A stretch of DNA of 64,000 nt from IMG/VR virus record IMGVR_UViG_3300047095_000752, positions 181,226-245,225 of that record. One strand, 5' to 3'. Positions 48,485 to 57,764 of the stretch are shown here, one piece after another. Both the position numbers and the translations under genes were made by a program. Within the stretch, counting starts at the first letter, position 1. Every line of letters begins with the position of its first letter. The notes beneath the pieces were generated by a model. It made no database searches. It was given only the letters and a program-made list of their open reading frames with translations, and was not told where the DNA came from.

Positions 48485-48868
48485 ATGGATATAACAATGG
48501 ATAACGAACGTAAAAGTAAAATAATTGAGGAACTATCAAGCAATAGAGAAAATCTATATGAATTGCTTAATAGTAACATCACAGATCGTAAATCATTAGA
48601 AAAATTTAAAGTAACAGACGATGACTTTAAGAATCGACGTAGTAATATGACGTTGGCGGTGGAATTAACCAAGACTAAGTCGGAACTAATAAATGCCGAA
48701 CTTAACATTAGAAAATCTATTGACAGTTCAATAAAAACTGAGTACGAACTATTATCTAAGTTTGAAAAAGACTCGGCTAATAAAAAAGAAGCAAATATAG
48801 ATATTGCCGCCCTCGCCGCGCAGATATTGAAGTACCGTTCCAATGAAGAGCACACTAACAAAGGATAA
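48485..48868 (+). CDS. hypothetical helical protein
   Basis: 127-aa ORF preceding recA. Confidence 0.55.
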   Translation: MDITMDNERKSKIIEELSSNRENLYELLNSNITDRKSLEKFKVTDDDFKNRRSNMTLAVELTKTKSELINAELNIRKSIDSSIKTEYELLSKFEKDSANKKEANIDIAALAAQILKYRSNEEHTNKG

Positions 48869-48871
48869 AAC

Positions 48872-50095
48872 ATGGCTTCAAAGCTTAAAAAACAAAAAGT
48901 TGTAGACCTCACTGAAGATAACTCGGATTCGTTTCAAAATGCGTTTTCGAGTTTTCTATCCTCTACCCAAGGAATTGAAAATAAACTAACTGATGATATT
49001 AAGAAAATTCCAACTGGTATTGATTTTCTAGATGCCATTACGGGCGGTGGTATTCCTTGTAAGTTCTCAGTATTCGTGGGTAAGCCCGGCGGCGGTAAAA
49101 GCTCACTCCTTGCCAGTATTATTAAAGCCGGTCAGAAGAAATGGGGTAAGAAGTTTATTGCGGTATATGCAGACTCAGAAGAGTCCATGTCTCAGCAACG
49201 CCTAAAGGATTTGGGTTGTATATACCCAGTAAGTATTATTAATGGACTCACCGTAGAAAAGCTATTCAAATGTGTAGAGTCGGTATGTGCTTTTAAAGAA
49301 TCCAATCCCGAAAGTCTAGAGATCCCATCCATCATTGTTTGGGATTCAATTGCAAATACTCAAACTGAAGATTTAATGAATTCCGAAGAGTTATCGAATA
49401 CAGATGGCATGCGCCGCGCAAATATTCTATCCAAATATATACCAAAGTATGTCGACCGCCTAGCCAAGTACAACATCGCACTTGCCGCCGTAAATCAGTA
49501 CAGAGACAAGCCAAACGTCGGCGGTGGACCACAGGCTGCTGATATGCGAAACATGGGACAAGACGTTACAACCCCCGGCGGACACGCAGTCCAATATAAT
49601 GCATACTTAATGTTAGATATCGCTCAGGGTCCTATGCATAAAAATGATCCTTATGGGTACCCAATGGCACCAGTTACAATAAAAGCGATAAAAAACAAAT
49701 CATTCACATCAAACGTACCTATAGTATTAAATTTTAATCACACCAAAGGATTTTCTAACTTCTGGACGAATTATGAATTTCTAAAGACCCGCAAGTATAT
49801 TAAAGCTGGTGCCCGATGCTCATTAAATTCATATCCAACAGTAACATTTTTTCAAAAGAATGTCGCAAATCTCTATAATACAAATCCAGAATTTAAGGAA
49901 GCATTTAACGCTGACCTTAAATCTGCATTTGAAGAATTTATTAAAGAACACTCCGCCGAAAATATGGATAAAGATTCTTGGGATCCTAGTTCAGACATTA
50001 GCAATTCAACCGAACCTGTGATACAATATGATAGTCCTGATATGCACCCCGAAACCTTAGAAGAAGAGTCTGTGGAGTTATTCGATGTTGACTAA
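48872..50095 (+). CDS. RecA/UvsX-like recombinase
   Basis: IPTGIDFLDAITGGGIP, GKPGGGKS, DSE, IVWDSIA, VNQYRD, TPGG.A, IKNK. Confidence 0.9.
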   Translation: MASKLKKQKVVDLTEDNSDSFQNAFSSFLSSTQGIENKLTDDIKKIPTGIDFLDAITGGGIPCKFSVFVGKPGGGKSSLLASIIKAGQKKWGKKFIAVYADSEESMSQQRLKDLGCIYPVSIINGLTVEKLFKCVESVCAFKESNPESLEIPSIIVWDSIANTQTEDLMNSEELSNTDGMRRANILSKYIPKYVDRLAKYNIALAAVNQYRDKPNVGGGPQAADMRNMGQDVTTPGGHAVQYNAYLMLDIAQGPMHKNDPYGYPMAPVTIKAIKNKSFTSNVPIVLNFNHTKGFSNFWTNYEFLKTRKYIKAGARCSLNSYPTVTFFQKNVANLYNTNPEFKEAFNADLKSAFEEFIKEHSAENMDKDSWDPSSDISNSTEPVIQYDSPDMHPETLEEESVELFDVD

Positions 50096-50657
50096 TACTT
50101 CCGATGTAGATTTTATTATACCACTATTAAAACAAGAAAATAATTCAATTAAAAAGATAGCTTATAGTGGAACCCATGGTACTGGTAAAACTACATCGTG
50201 CTTCAATTTAGCTACACAGTGTAAATTAAATTGTCATAGTAAATCCATCCATCTATTAACTGAAGTTGCTAGTGAATCTCCATTTAAAATTAATAAAGAG
50301 ACTACAGTTGAAAGTCAGATGTGGATATTCGTAAATCAAATTTCAAGAGAATTAGAAAATTCACTTCGGTATAAAATATTAATATCAGATCGAACTATTG
50401 TTGATAATATTGCTTATACTATGGTAGCTGGATTCAAAGATTTGGCTAAAAATCAGTATGAATTCGCGAAGTCATTTATTTCAACATATGATTATATTTT
50501 TGTTAAAAAGAACGCTAACAACGATTTTCACTATGAAGATGGTATTCGGGACTCAAAGGATTCCCAGTACCGACAAGATGTAGAAGATGCGCTACTTAAT
50601 ATTTACATAAAACTGGAATCTTACATGGTAGCTCGAAATCGTATAATTTTTATTTAA
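50085..50657 (+). CDS. P-loop kinase (AAA_28 / NadR-like, possible dNMP kinase)
   Basis: YSGTHGTGKTT, EVA, SDRTIVDNIAY, DGIR. Confidence 0.8.
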   Translation: MLTNTSDVDFIIPLLKQENNSIKKIAYSGTHGTGKTTSCFNLATQCKLNCHSKSIHLLTEVASESPFKINKETTVESQMWIFVNQISRELENSLRYKILISDRTIVDNIAYTMVAGFKDLAKNQYEFAKSFISTYDYIFVKKNANNDFHYEDGIRDSKDSQYRQDVEDALLNIYIKLESYMVARNRIIFI

Positions 50658-50671
50658 CAAATATTTAACAA

Positions 50672-50712
50672 AAAAATAAATCCCCCACAATTAAGTTTGT
50701 GGGGGATTTTTT
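50672..50712. terminator. bidirectional terminator
   Basis: AAATCCCCCACAA/TTGTGGGGGATTT. Confidence 0.8.
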
Positions 50713-51172
50713 AGTCGAACGCTTGATAGGTCGGGTTATAAACAAAACACGCGGACTCCACGCAATTCCAACTTGCCGTGGATATTATTACTTTTTTAAT
50801 ATATAACCCAATACTATTAAATCGACCGTACGGAATTATTTTATTATAAACATTTCCATTTATATCACCACATCCAATCATTACAAAACTTGGGATTAAT
50901 TTTGGAGTATATACAATATCACTATCTTTCGGTTCGTATATCGGTAAAATTTGCTGGACCGTTGATAATCGATCACACCTATATGATCGAACCGTCGAAT
51001 CTATAAAACAATGTCTAATAAGTGATATGTATTCAAACGTAGTTCTTCCTCTAATTGTAATTGTATTAATCATTTTAAATATTAGATATATTGATCTTAC
51101 AGCATAAACTTTATAATTGAATTTTATATTCTCTGTGATCTTATCAAATTTATAAAGCACAAAAAAATCCAA
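50711..51172 (-). CDS. orphan protein resembling the array genes
   Basis: RSIYLIFKMI motif. Confidence 0.45.
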   Translation of the reverse strand: MDFFVLYKFDKITENIKFNYKVYAVRSIYLIFKMINTITIRGRTTFEYISLIRHCFIDSTVRSYRCDRLSTVQQILPIYEPKDSDIVYTPKLIPSFVMIGCGDINGNVYNKIIPYGRFNSIGLYIKKVIISTASWNCVESACFVYNPTYQAFD

Positions 51173-51308
51173 AAAGAGCTACCGACAGTCCTCCCCAGAG
51201 GGAGATACCATCAGTAGCAGGGAAATGGGGTAGTATAATATTCGTTGTATGGATGTCTCTCAGAGAAGAGACGCGGTATGCGTACAACTTTTGCCGTCCT
51301 TCGGACAT
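51150..51308 (-). CDS. 52-aa protein with hydrophobic C-terminus
   Basis: AAAGGAGG RBS, class A promoter upstream. Confidence 0.5.
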   Translation of the reverse strand: MSEGRQKLYAYRVSSLRDIHTTNIILPHFPATDGISLWGGLSVALFGFFCAL

Positions 51309-51391
51309 TCGTCCTCCTTTCGTTGATGCGGCTATAACTATCTTTGATGCTATATAGGTCCCGATATATTTTTCCTTTATAGTGTACCTAC

Positions 51392-51411
51392 CAATATTAA
51401 ATATATATAGT
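51392..51411 (-). promoter_or_regulatory. phage promoter class A
   Basis: ACTATATATAT TTAATAT TG. Confidence 0.7.
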
Positions 51412-51497
51412 GTTTGTCCGAAATTCGATTTGCATATCCCCGGATCTCGTGGTATAATTTGAGTACTAAAGAACATGGACACACCGGAGATTTAAAG

Positions 51498-53042
51498 ATG
51501 CTCTCAGAAAAAGTTATTAATACATGCTTTGATGTATGTGTTGCGACTCCCACCGATTACCCAAAATGTCGTGAATTATTTTCAGCAATATTTTCTATTT
51601 TCAATCATTATATTAAAAATACTCCTGTAGAAGAACGTCCTCTCAACTCCCGTATAAAAATTGAGTTCGTACATTATATTGCACGATTCCGGTTTAAAAC
51701 ACCTGAACAATTCTCAATTGAACGGATAAAGGAGATGACGGCAAAGGGTAAATACTCCGATTTATCTTGCTTGCTTCAGGTTAATCCCACTTATACATCA
51801 AGTGAAATAATTGATGAATTTCTGACAAAAACTATTATCCCCAAAAGAAAAGGATCCCACCTTGGGTCTAATATAATTGACCTTAAGCAAGCAATTGAAC
51901 ATTATGAAAATGATTCTTTTGAAGATTTGAATGATCTATTAGATACATTCGAGAATATCATCTCTCGTACCCACGTTGGGTTAAAAGAATTAAACCGCAT
52001 TGAATCAATATCTAAATCATCATGCTTAGATCTACTGAATGATGACTACAATAACGTCTTAGAACGATTTAGGATGCAGTGCACGAATAATATTATTAAG
52101 TCCGGGTTTGATATTATCGATGAAACGCTCCCATTCGGTGGATTTGAATCTGGTCGTGTTTATATCTTCGGCGGCGAAACTGGTGTTGGTAAATCCGTTA
52201 TGCTTCTCAATATTCTGGCAAATACAGTTAAAATGTATGCGGAATATATCAAGGATTGTATTGATGAAGACGAGATCAAAGCTTTAAAATCCAAGAAGAA
52301 ACAAGTACACTTATACATAACCGCAGAAAACTTAATTGATGAAAGCCTTATCCGGTATTATTGTGCCAGTACAGGTCGCTCCCATAATGAAGTCGTATTT
52401 GATATTAAGAATGTACCTAACTTCAATCCTAAAAAAGAAATTACTGAGGATTTAGTACGGACGAACTCCAATATCTTATTTTATTATGTACCCGCCCGTT
52501 TAGTTAAGTTGTCTGAAATTGAAGCTATTATCGATGAGACTATTCAAAAGTATGAATTAAAGTCTGTTTACATAGATTATCTAGATCTTATCCGTAGCGG
52601 CACTGAAACTGAACTCCGTCACGAACTGGGCGAAGTTACCTCCGGGTTTAAACGGTTCGCTATCCTCAATAATGTACCTGTGATTACAGCCACCCAGTTG
52701 AATCGCTCAGGGTATAATAACAGCAAGGCATCATTCACAAGCATGTCAGAATCCATGGAGAAGGCAAACGACACGGACTTTCTGGCATACTTACAACGGA
52801 CAGATAAAGATGAAACCCGATTTATGAATGAGTTCGGGGCTATTATAACTGGTACAAAAGTAAGACTTTCCATCCTAAAAAATCGTGGTGGTCCTACCGG
52901 GAAGTCAACTGAACTGCTATTAGAAAAGACCTTAAATGGTAAAAATATATTCAATTACCAGTTTAAAGAAGTTCCTGACTATAAAGAAATTGATGCTGAA
53001 ACCGACCACATAGCATTAGCAGATTATGGTATGGATGTTTAA
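51498..53042 (+). CDS. replicative helicase (DnaB / T4 gp41 family)
   Basis: SGFDIID, GETGVGKS, YITAE, YIDYLDLI, TATQLNR, SES, LKNRGG. Confidence 0.92.
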   Translation: MLSEKVINTCFDVCVATPTDYPKCRELFSAIFSIFNHYIKNTPVEERPLNSRIKIEFVHYIARFRFKTPEQFSIERIKEMTAKGKYSDLSCLLQVNPTYTSSEIIDEFLTKTIIPKRKGSHLGSNIIDLKQAIEHYENDSFEDLNDLLDTFENIISRTHVGLKELNRIESISKSSCLDLLNDDYNNVLERFRMQCTNNIIKSGFDIIDETLPFGGFESGRVYIFGGETGVGKSVMLLNILANTVKMYAEYIKDCIDEDEIKALKSKKKQVHLYITAENLIDESLIRYYCASTGRSHNEVVFDIKNVPNFNPKKEITEDLVRTNSNILFYYVPARLVKLSEIEAIIDETIQKYELKSVYIDYLDLIRSGTETELRHELGEVTSGFKRFAILNNVPVITATQLNRSGYNNSKASFTSMSESMEKANDTDFLAYLQRTDKDETRFMNEFGAIITGTKVRLSILKNRGGPTGKSTELLLEKTLNGKNIFNYQFKEVPDYKEIDAETDHIALADYGMDV

Positions 53043-53053
53043 TTTAATAATTA

Positions 53054-53066
53054 GGACAAATAATCG
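53054..53066 (+). promoter_or_regulatory. phage promoter class B
   Basis: GGACAAATAATCG. Confidence 0.6.
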
Positions 53067-53134
53067 TAAAGCCATCCATAGGCTTGTATACCAACCCCAA
53101 CATATAAATTTAATTAATTTTAAGGAGAATTAAT

Positions 53135-54025
53135 ATGTATAGAAATAGTAAGAAAGATCGCACCGAATTCTTTCGCCAGTTGAATGAATCCTTCATCGAA
53201 GATGAAATTTTTACCGAAGATAATGTAGACCTTAAGAGTCTCAGTAATTACAGTAACCCCGGTCTAGACATCATCACTTGGCGTGGCGAAGGCGAAATGC
53301 CCACCACAGTCAAGGGTGCCGACATGGACGATATCGCCAAGAAGATTGCTGCCCCCTACGGTGAAGATCTTAAGGCTACCGAAGTGTTCGAAGCTGTATT
53401 TGATGAAGTTTTTGGTAAGGGTGAAAAGAGTTACCGCCCCTTTGAAGTACTTGAAGATGATTTTGACATGGCTTCTGTTATTCAACGTGATAACGATTAC
53501 CATGAATTCATCCGCGAGGAAGCCGACGAAGACAAGGAAGAAGACTCTAAAGACGATAAGTCATTTTCCGCTGATATGGATAAATTGAAGCAGACCAACG
53601 ACGAATCATCCTATGATGAAGATGACGACGATGATGACGATGACGATGAGGAGGACTCCCTCAATGAAAGTTTTTTAGGGCTGAACTTAGACGAAGATTA
53701 TCAAGACGATTATCAAGACGCTCTTAATGAAGATGCTAACGACTATGATATGGGTGATGTAGCTCCTTTATCATTACTTGAAAACAACGAACTTGATATC
53801 GTAAATCTCGACACTCTGCTTGAACAAACTCAATTAATTGAAGATGAGTTAGACCAAGTATCCAATTATGACAGCGTTTTAGAAAATGATTCTGATTTTT
53901 CCGACGTTTTTGATTCCGATAACGAAATGATTTCTGAAGATACATTTGATGAATCCTTCGATATGGAAGACCTGTTAGAAGATGGTACCGACTACTCCGA
54001 GTATTTAGACGAAGATATCCTTTAA
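53135..54025 (+). CDS. extremely acidic protein, probable prohead core/internal protein
   Basis: poly-Asp tract, many L/I-x-E motifs, class B promoter, near portal. Confidence 0.6.
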   Translation: MYRNSKKDRTEFFRQLNESFIEDEIFTEDNVDLKSLSNYSNPGLDIITWRGEGEMPTTVKGADMDDIAKKIAAPYGEDLKATEVFEAVFDEVFGKGEKSYRPFEVLEDDFDMASVIQRDNDYHEFIREEADEDKEEDSKDDKSFSADMDKLKQTNDESSYDEDDDDDDDDDEEDSLNESFLGLNLDEDYQDDYQDALNEDANDYDMGDVAPLSLLENNELDIVNLDTLLEQTQLIEDELDQVSNYDSVLENDSDFSDVFDSDNEMISEDTFDESFDMEDLLEDGTDYSEYLDEDIL

Positions 54026-54050
54026 TTTAAAAAAGTTGTACGTTAAACCT

Positions 54051-54090
54051 GAAATTCCAGATCATTTAAAAATGGTCTGGAATTTTTATT
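54051..54090 (+). terminator. intrinsic terminator
   Basis: AAATTCCAGATCAT/ATGGTCTGGAATTT plus T-run. Confidence 0.7.
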
Positions 54091-54105
54091 AGATAGGGAT
54101 CTACT

Positions 54106-55576
54106 ATGTTACTATATAACGCTAAACAATTTATACAAGAATTTGTAATGGGTAGTCACTTTTCTGGTACTATGTTTAGTACAATACCTGAATCTAAGCA
54201 GGGTAAAAAGATTAATTTAAAGAACAATTTAACTGAATATAAACCGGTCAAGAAAAGACTCACCCATGATAAAAAGACATTACCTACCAAATCTATAGAT
54301 AAGGAAAGTTTTTCAAATCATGAGGTAGATGTTAAAGGAAATAAATAAATGGACTCTGACCATGACAACGATTATTTAGTAGATATAAAATCCAAAAACT
54401 TTACATTACAAACGAAATATGGTAAAATCATCCGAACACCAATAAAGTTCTATATTAAAGCTGGAGATAAACTATACTGGGACATGCAAATAACCATGTC
54501 TGGTATAAAGGACTTTAATATAGTGAAGTTGGTTAAGAATGTAATTGAACCGACCCAAACCGTGGAAACAAAGGTTGTTGAGGAGTTAGTGCGCCCCTCA
54601 ACAAAACATAAAAGGGAATAAATAATGAAGACTAAGTATACGTTTGTATTGAATAACAACTCTAAAATCGTTTTGACTGAGGAAGGTGGACCTAAGCTAT
54701 CATCGGATGACATTGATAAAATAATGAATTCTGAAAATATTATTGTGGTATCAACAGCCACAGATTCTTTGAAGATAAGACCCTCCCAAATTAGCGCAAT
54801 TCATGTAACAACTGCTGATGGAAATAATAAAAAGAATTCCACCCAGAATGAAGAACACTTATATCATAATGAACACGATGCTGAAAATGATGCGACTACT
54901 GATGCTTTTTATGATATTAAGGATGATTCGTCAGATCTATATGAAGATGATATTATTGTTGAGAATGACGACGTAAGCAATGATAACATTGAGCTTGTAT
55001 CAAATATTGAGTTTGATGATAATGATGATTTGGACTCAATTTTAACGATGTCCCATGAAGAAGATTTAGATGAATCTACAACTTAATACACTTATTGAAA
55101 ATATTGATGTTATATTAATATTATTCTTTTTAGCAATATTTTTTAAATATATAACAAATTTAATAGAAGATATAAAAAATGAATATAGGCGTAAGTTATT
55201 ATTTTCTCGTGCAGAATATGTAATTACAATATATGAGAATAAAAGACATATAGCATTCAACTCTTTATATAAAAGAAAACTTTCCGTCCTATATACAAGT
55301 AACACTACCACAAATAAATCAGAACAAATTTTAAAGTATGAGAAGACTTTTATTCATATTGTTCGAGAATTATGTGGACCCACCATATTTGAAGATCTAA
55401 GGGATATATATGGTGACACCAATTCAATCGTACGAGATTTAAGTGAGTATTATTCCACAAAGATAATCACAATTGAAGCTGGTAACTTTGAAATGGAACT
55501 TAAAGAAAAATTCGCAAATGATCTAATAGACGATGATGATCCGGATTCAAAACCCCAAACTATCTTTATAAGATAA
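54106..55576 (+). CDS. four hypothetical genes (54106-54348, 54349-54621, 54625-55086, 55070-55576; last has an N-terminal TM helix)
   Basis: coupled ORFs upstream of portal. Confidence 0.55.
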
Positions 55577-55588
55577 AGGCTTTTATAA

Positions 55589-57703
55589 ATGGCAACTAAC
55601 AATAGTGGTATTAAAAGAATAAGCAAAGCATTAGCTGATATTCGATTAAACTTAATATCAAGTCGTGATTATAGTAAAATCGACTCTGAAATTGATAGAT
55701 CTATCGATAAGCTCACGGTTAGTGACTTAAATGTAAATACTATTAATTACGCAGAAACTATGAAGCAGTACATGACTAAAAGTATTGATACTAACTCTAT
55801 CAATAAAGAAGTAACCGCTAATATCTTAAATACACCTGAGACATTAGCTCGTTTTGGTCGTTATTCTAATGCTGAAGAAGTTATTTATAATATACCACAA
55901 TGTTCCCGCGCCCTAAAGGTATTAGCATCCGGTATTCTGTCTCCTGACAATGTAACTAAGACTAGCTTAAGTATTCTAGCTAGCGAAGATTCTGATGCGG
56001 ATAATGTCAAAGAAATTTTAAATAATATTAAATTAATTAATAAAGAAATAAAATTTGAAGATTTCTTGGATACAGCCATTACCGAAACTCTAAAGTATGG
56101 TGATAAGTTTATCGAAATTTGCTCATATAAGTCTAAAGAAATCCCAATCACACAATCCATGTACCTTCAAGAAAGAATCATATATGAAAGCACAGGACGT
56201 GTAGGGGAGCCGCCTCAAAAAATGAGGACAAAGATCCATAACGTCCAATATGATGAACCAACCCAGTTCTTAAATGAAGATGATGTACAGTATTTTAATA
56301 AATTCAATAAAAAGGTTTATTTGAATATTGTTGAAGATGGTAGTCCAAATGAACTTAATTTCTCACAGTCTTTACTTCATGAAAAACGGTCTCGTCGTAA
56401 TAGAAAGGCTAAAGAAGAAAAGCTTTTCGAGAATATTGAAGAAGTACGTCTAATTCAACACGATCCCCGTAGAGTAGTAAAACTCCAGACCGAAAGATTT
56501 AAGGTTAACCTTGGATATTTAATTCTACCCGAAGGTTCCGAGGATATGGCGGGACTTGGTATGGTAGGCATGAGTTCGACTGCTGGCGGTGGATATTCTT
56601 CTGGTGGTGCGACTCCAATTGCAAGTGGACTTCAAAATGATGTATTTAAGGGTGTCGAAGGTCTTTATGTAGATCTTATTAAAATGATTAAGCGCCACGT
56701 TAATTCAAATGACCTTAAAGTTAATAAAAAAGAAATGAAGGAAATGTTAGCTCGTCTTGTAAAGGACCTTGAAACTGACTCTGATAAGTCTGAAATCAAG
56801 ATTCGATATGTACCACCAGAACGGATGGAGCATTTCATGATTAATGATCGAATCCACTTTCCTTATGGTGAAGGTATATTTGAAAAGACGATGCACGCCG
56901 CCAAGGAATTAATCGCCCTTAAAACTGCAGTAACAGTACGTAGAATTACAGATGCTGTAGATAAGAGAGTTATTTATATTGAATCTACAATGGCGAGAAA
57001 TTCAAGAAATATTATGACCTCATTTAGAGAGGCTCTTCGTAAGCGTAAGTTTACAATGAACAGTTTATCTAATATTAGTACTATCCCATCTCAAATGACT
57101 AACTTTGAAGATTATATTTTAACTCAGAAGAATGGTAAGAGATCTGTTGAATTCGATACTATTCCAACTACAAGTAGCATTAGAGATATTGCCGAAGAAC
57201 TTAAATTCTTCCGTGATGAATTGGTATCAAGCTTGGACGTACCTCCAGCATTTATTGGTATTGAAGAAAATGTAAATGGTAAGAGTACCCTTGCCCACGA
57301 ATCCGCTTTATTTGCCGAGACAATTTTAAGTTATCAAAAAGTATTTAATATACACATTTTTAGATTTTTTAATAACTTACATAAATTATTATATGGTCGC
57401 TCCGTCCCCGATACAATCAACATTACATTACAGCCTCCTAAGATGTTAGCAATTAGTACAGAATTAGAACATCTTGAAACTGTATCTCGTATTATGGAAC
57501 TTTCTACTTCTCTTGGTATTGAGAAAGAAACCCTCCGTAAGCGTTATGTCCCCGTCGATTGGGAAGAGGAAGAAGACGTTAAGGTTAAAGATCAGCTTAA
57601 TAAGCGTGGTGAAGCCTCTAAGAAATCAGACGATGATATATTTGGCGGCGGTATGATGGGTGGAATGGGTGGAATGGGTATGGGTGGTGCACCAATGATG
57701 TAA
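55589..57703 (+). CDS. portal protein (T4 gp20-like)
   Basis: LKYGD.F, PYGEGIFE, RRIT.A.DKRVIYIE, EDYIL, ELKFFRDEL.SSLDVP. Confidence 0.88.
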   Translation: MATNNSGIKRISKALADIRLNLISSRDYSKIDSEIDRSIDKLTVSDLNVNTINYAETMKQYMTKSIDTNSINKEVTANILNTPETLARFGRYSNAEEVIYNIPQCSRALKVLASGILSPDNVTKTSLSILASEDSDADNVKEILNNIKLINKEIKFEDFLDTAITETLKYGDKFIEICSYKSKEIPITQSMYLQERIIYESTGRVGEPPQKMRTKIHNVQYDEPTQFLNEDDVQYFNKFNKKVYLNIVEDGSPNELNFSQSLLHEKRSRRNRKAKEEKLFENIEEVRLIQHDPRRVVKLQTERFKVNLGYLILPEGSEDMAGLGMVGMSSTAGGGYSSGGATPIASGLQNDVFKGVEGLYVDLIKMIKRHVNSNDLKVNKKEMKEMLARLVKDLETDSDKSEIKIRYVPPERMEHFMINDRIHFPYGEGIFEKTMHAAKELIALKTAVTVRRITDAVDKRVIYIESTMARNSRNIMTSFREALRKRKFTMNSLSNISTIPSQMTNFEDYILTQKNGKRSVEFDTIPTTSSIRDIAEELKFFRDELVSSLDVPPAFIGIEENVNGKSTLAHESALFAETILSYQKVFNIHIFRFFNNLHKLLYGRSVPDTINITLQPPKMLAISTELEHLETVSRIMELSTSLGIEKETLRKRYVPVDWEEEEDVKVKDQLNKRGEASKKSDDDIFGGGMMGGMGGMGMGGAPMM

Positions 57704-57740
57704 CATTTGGGCTTTATTATAATAACGATATAATGTGCAA

Positions 57741-57753
57741 GGACAAATAAATG
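57741..57753 (+). promoter_or_regulatory. phage promoter class B
   Basis: GGACAAATAAATG. Confidence 0.6.
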
Positions 57754-57764
57754 AGGAAATTATA

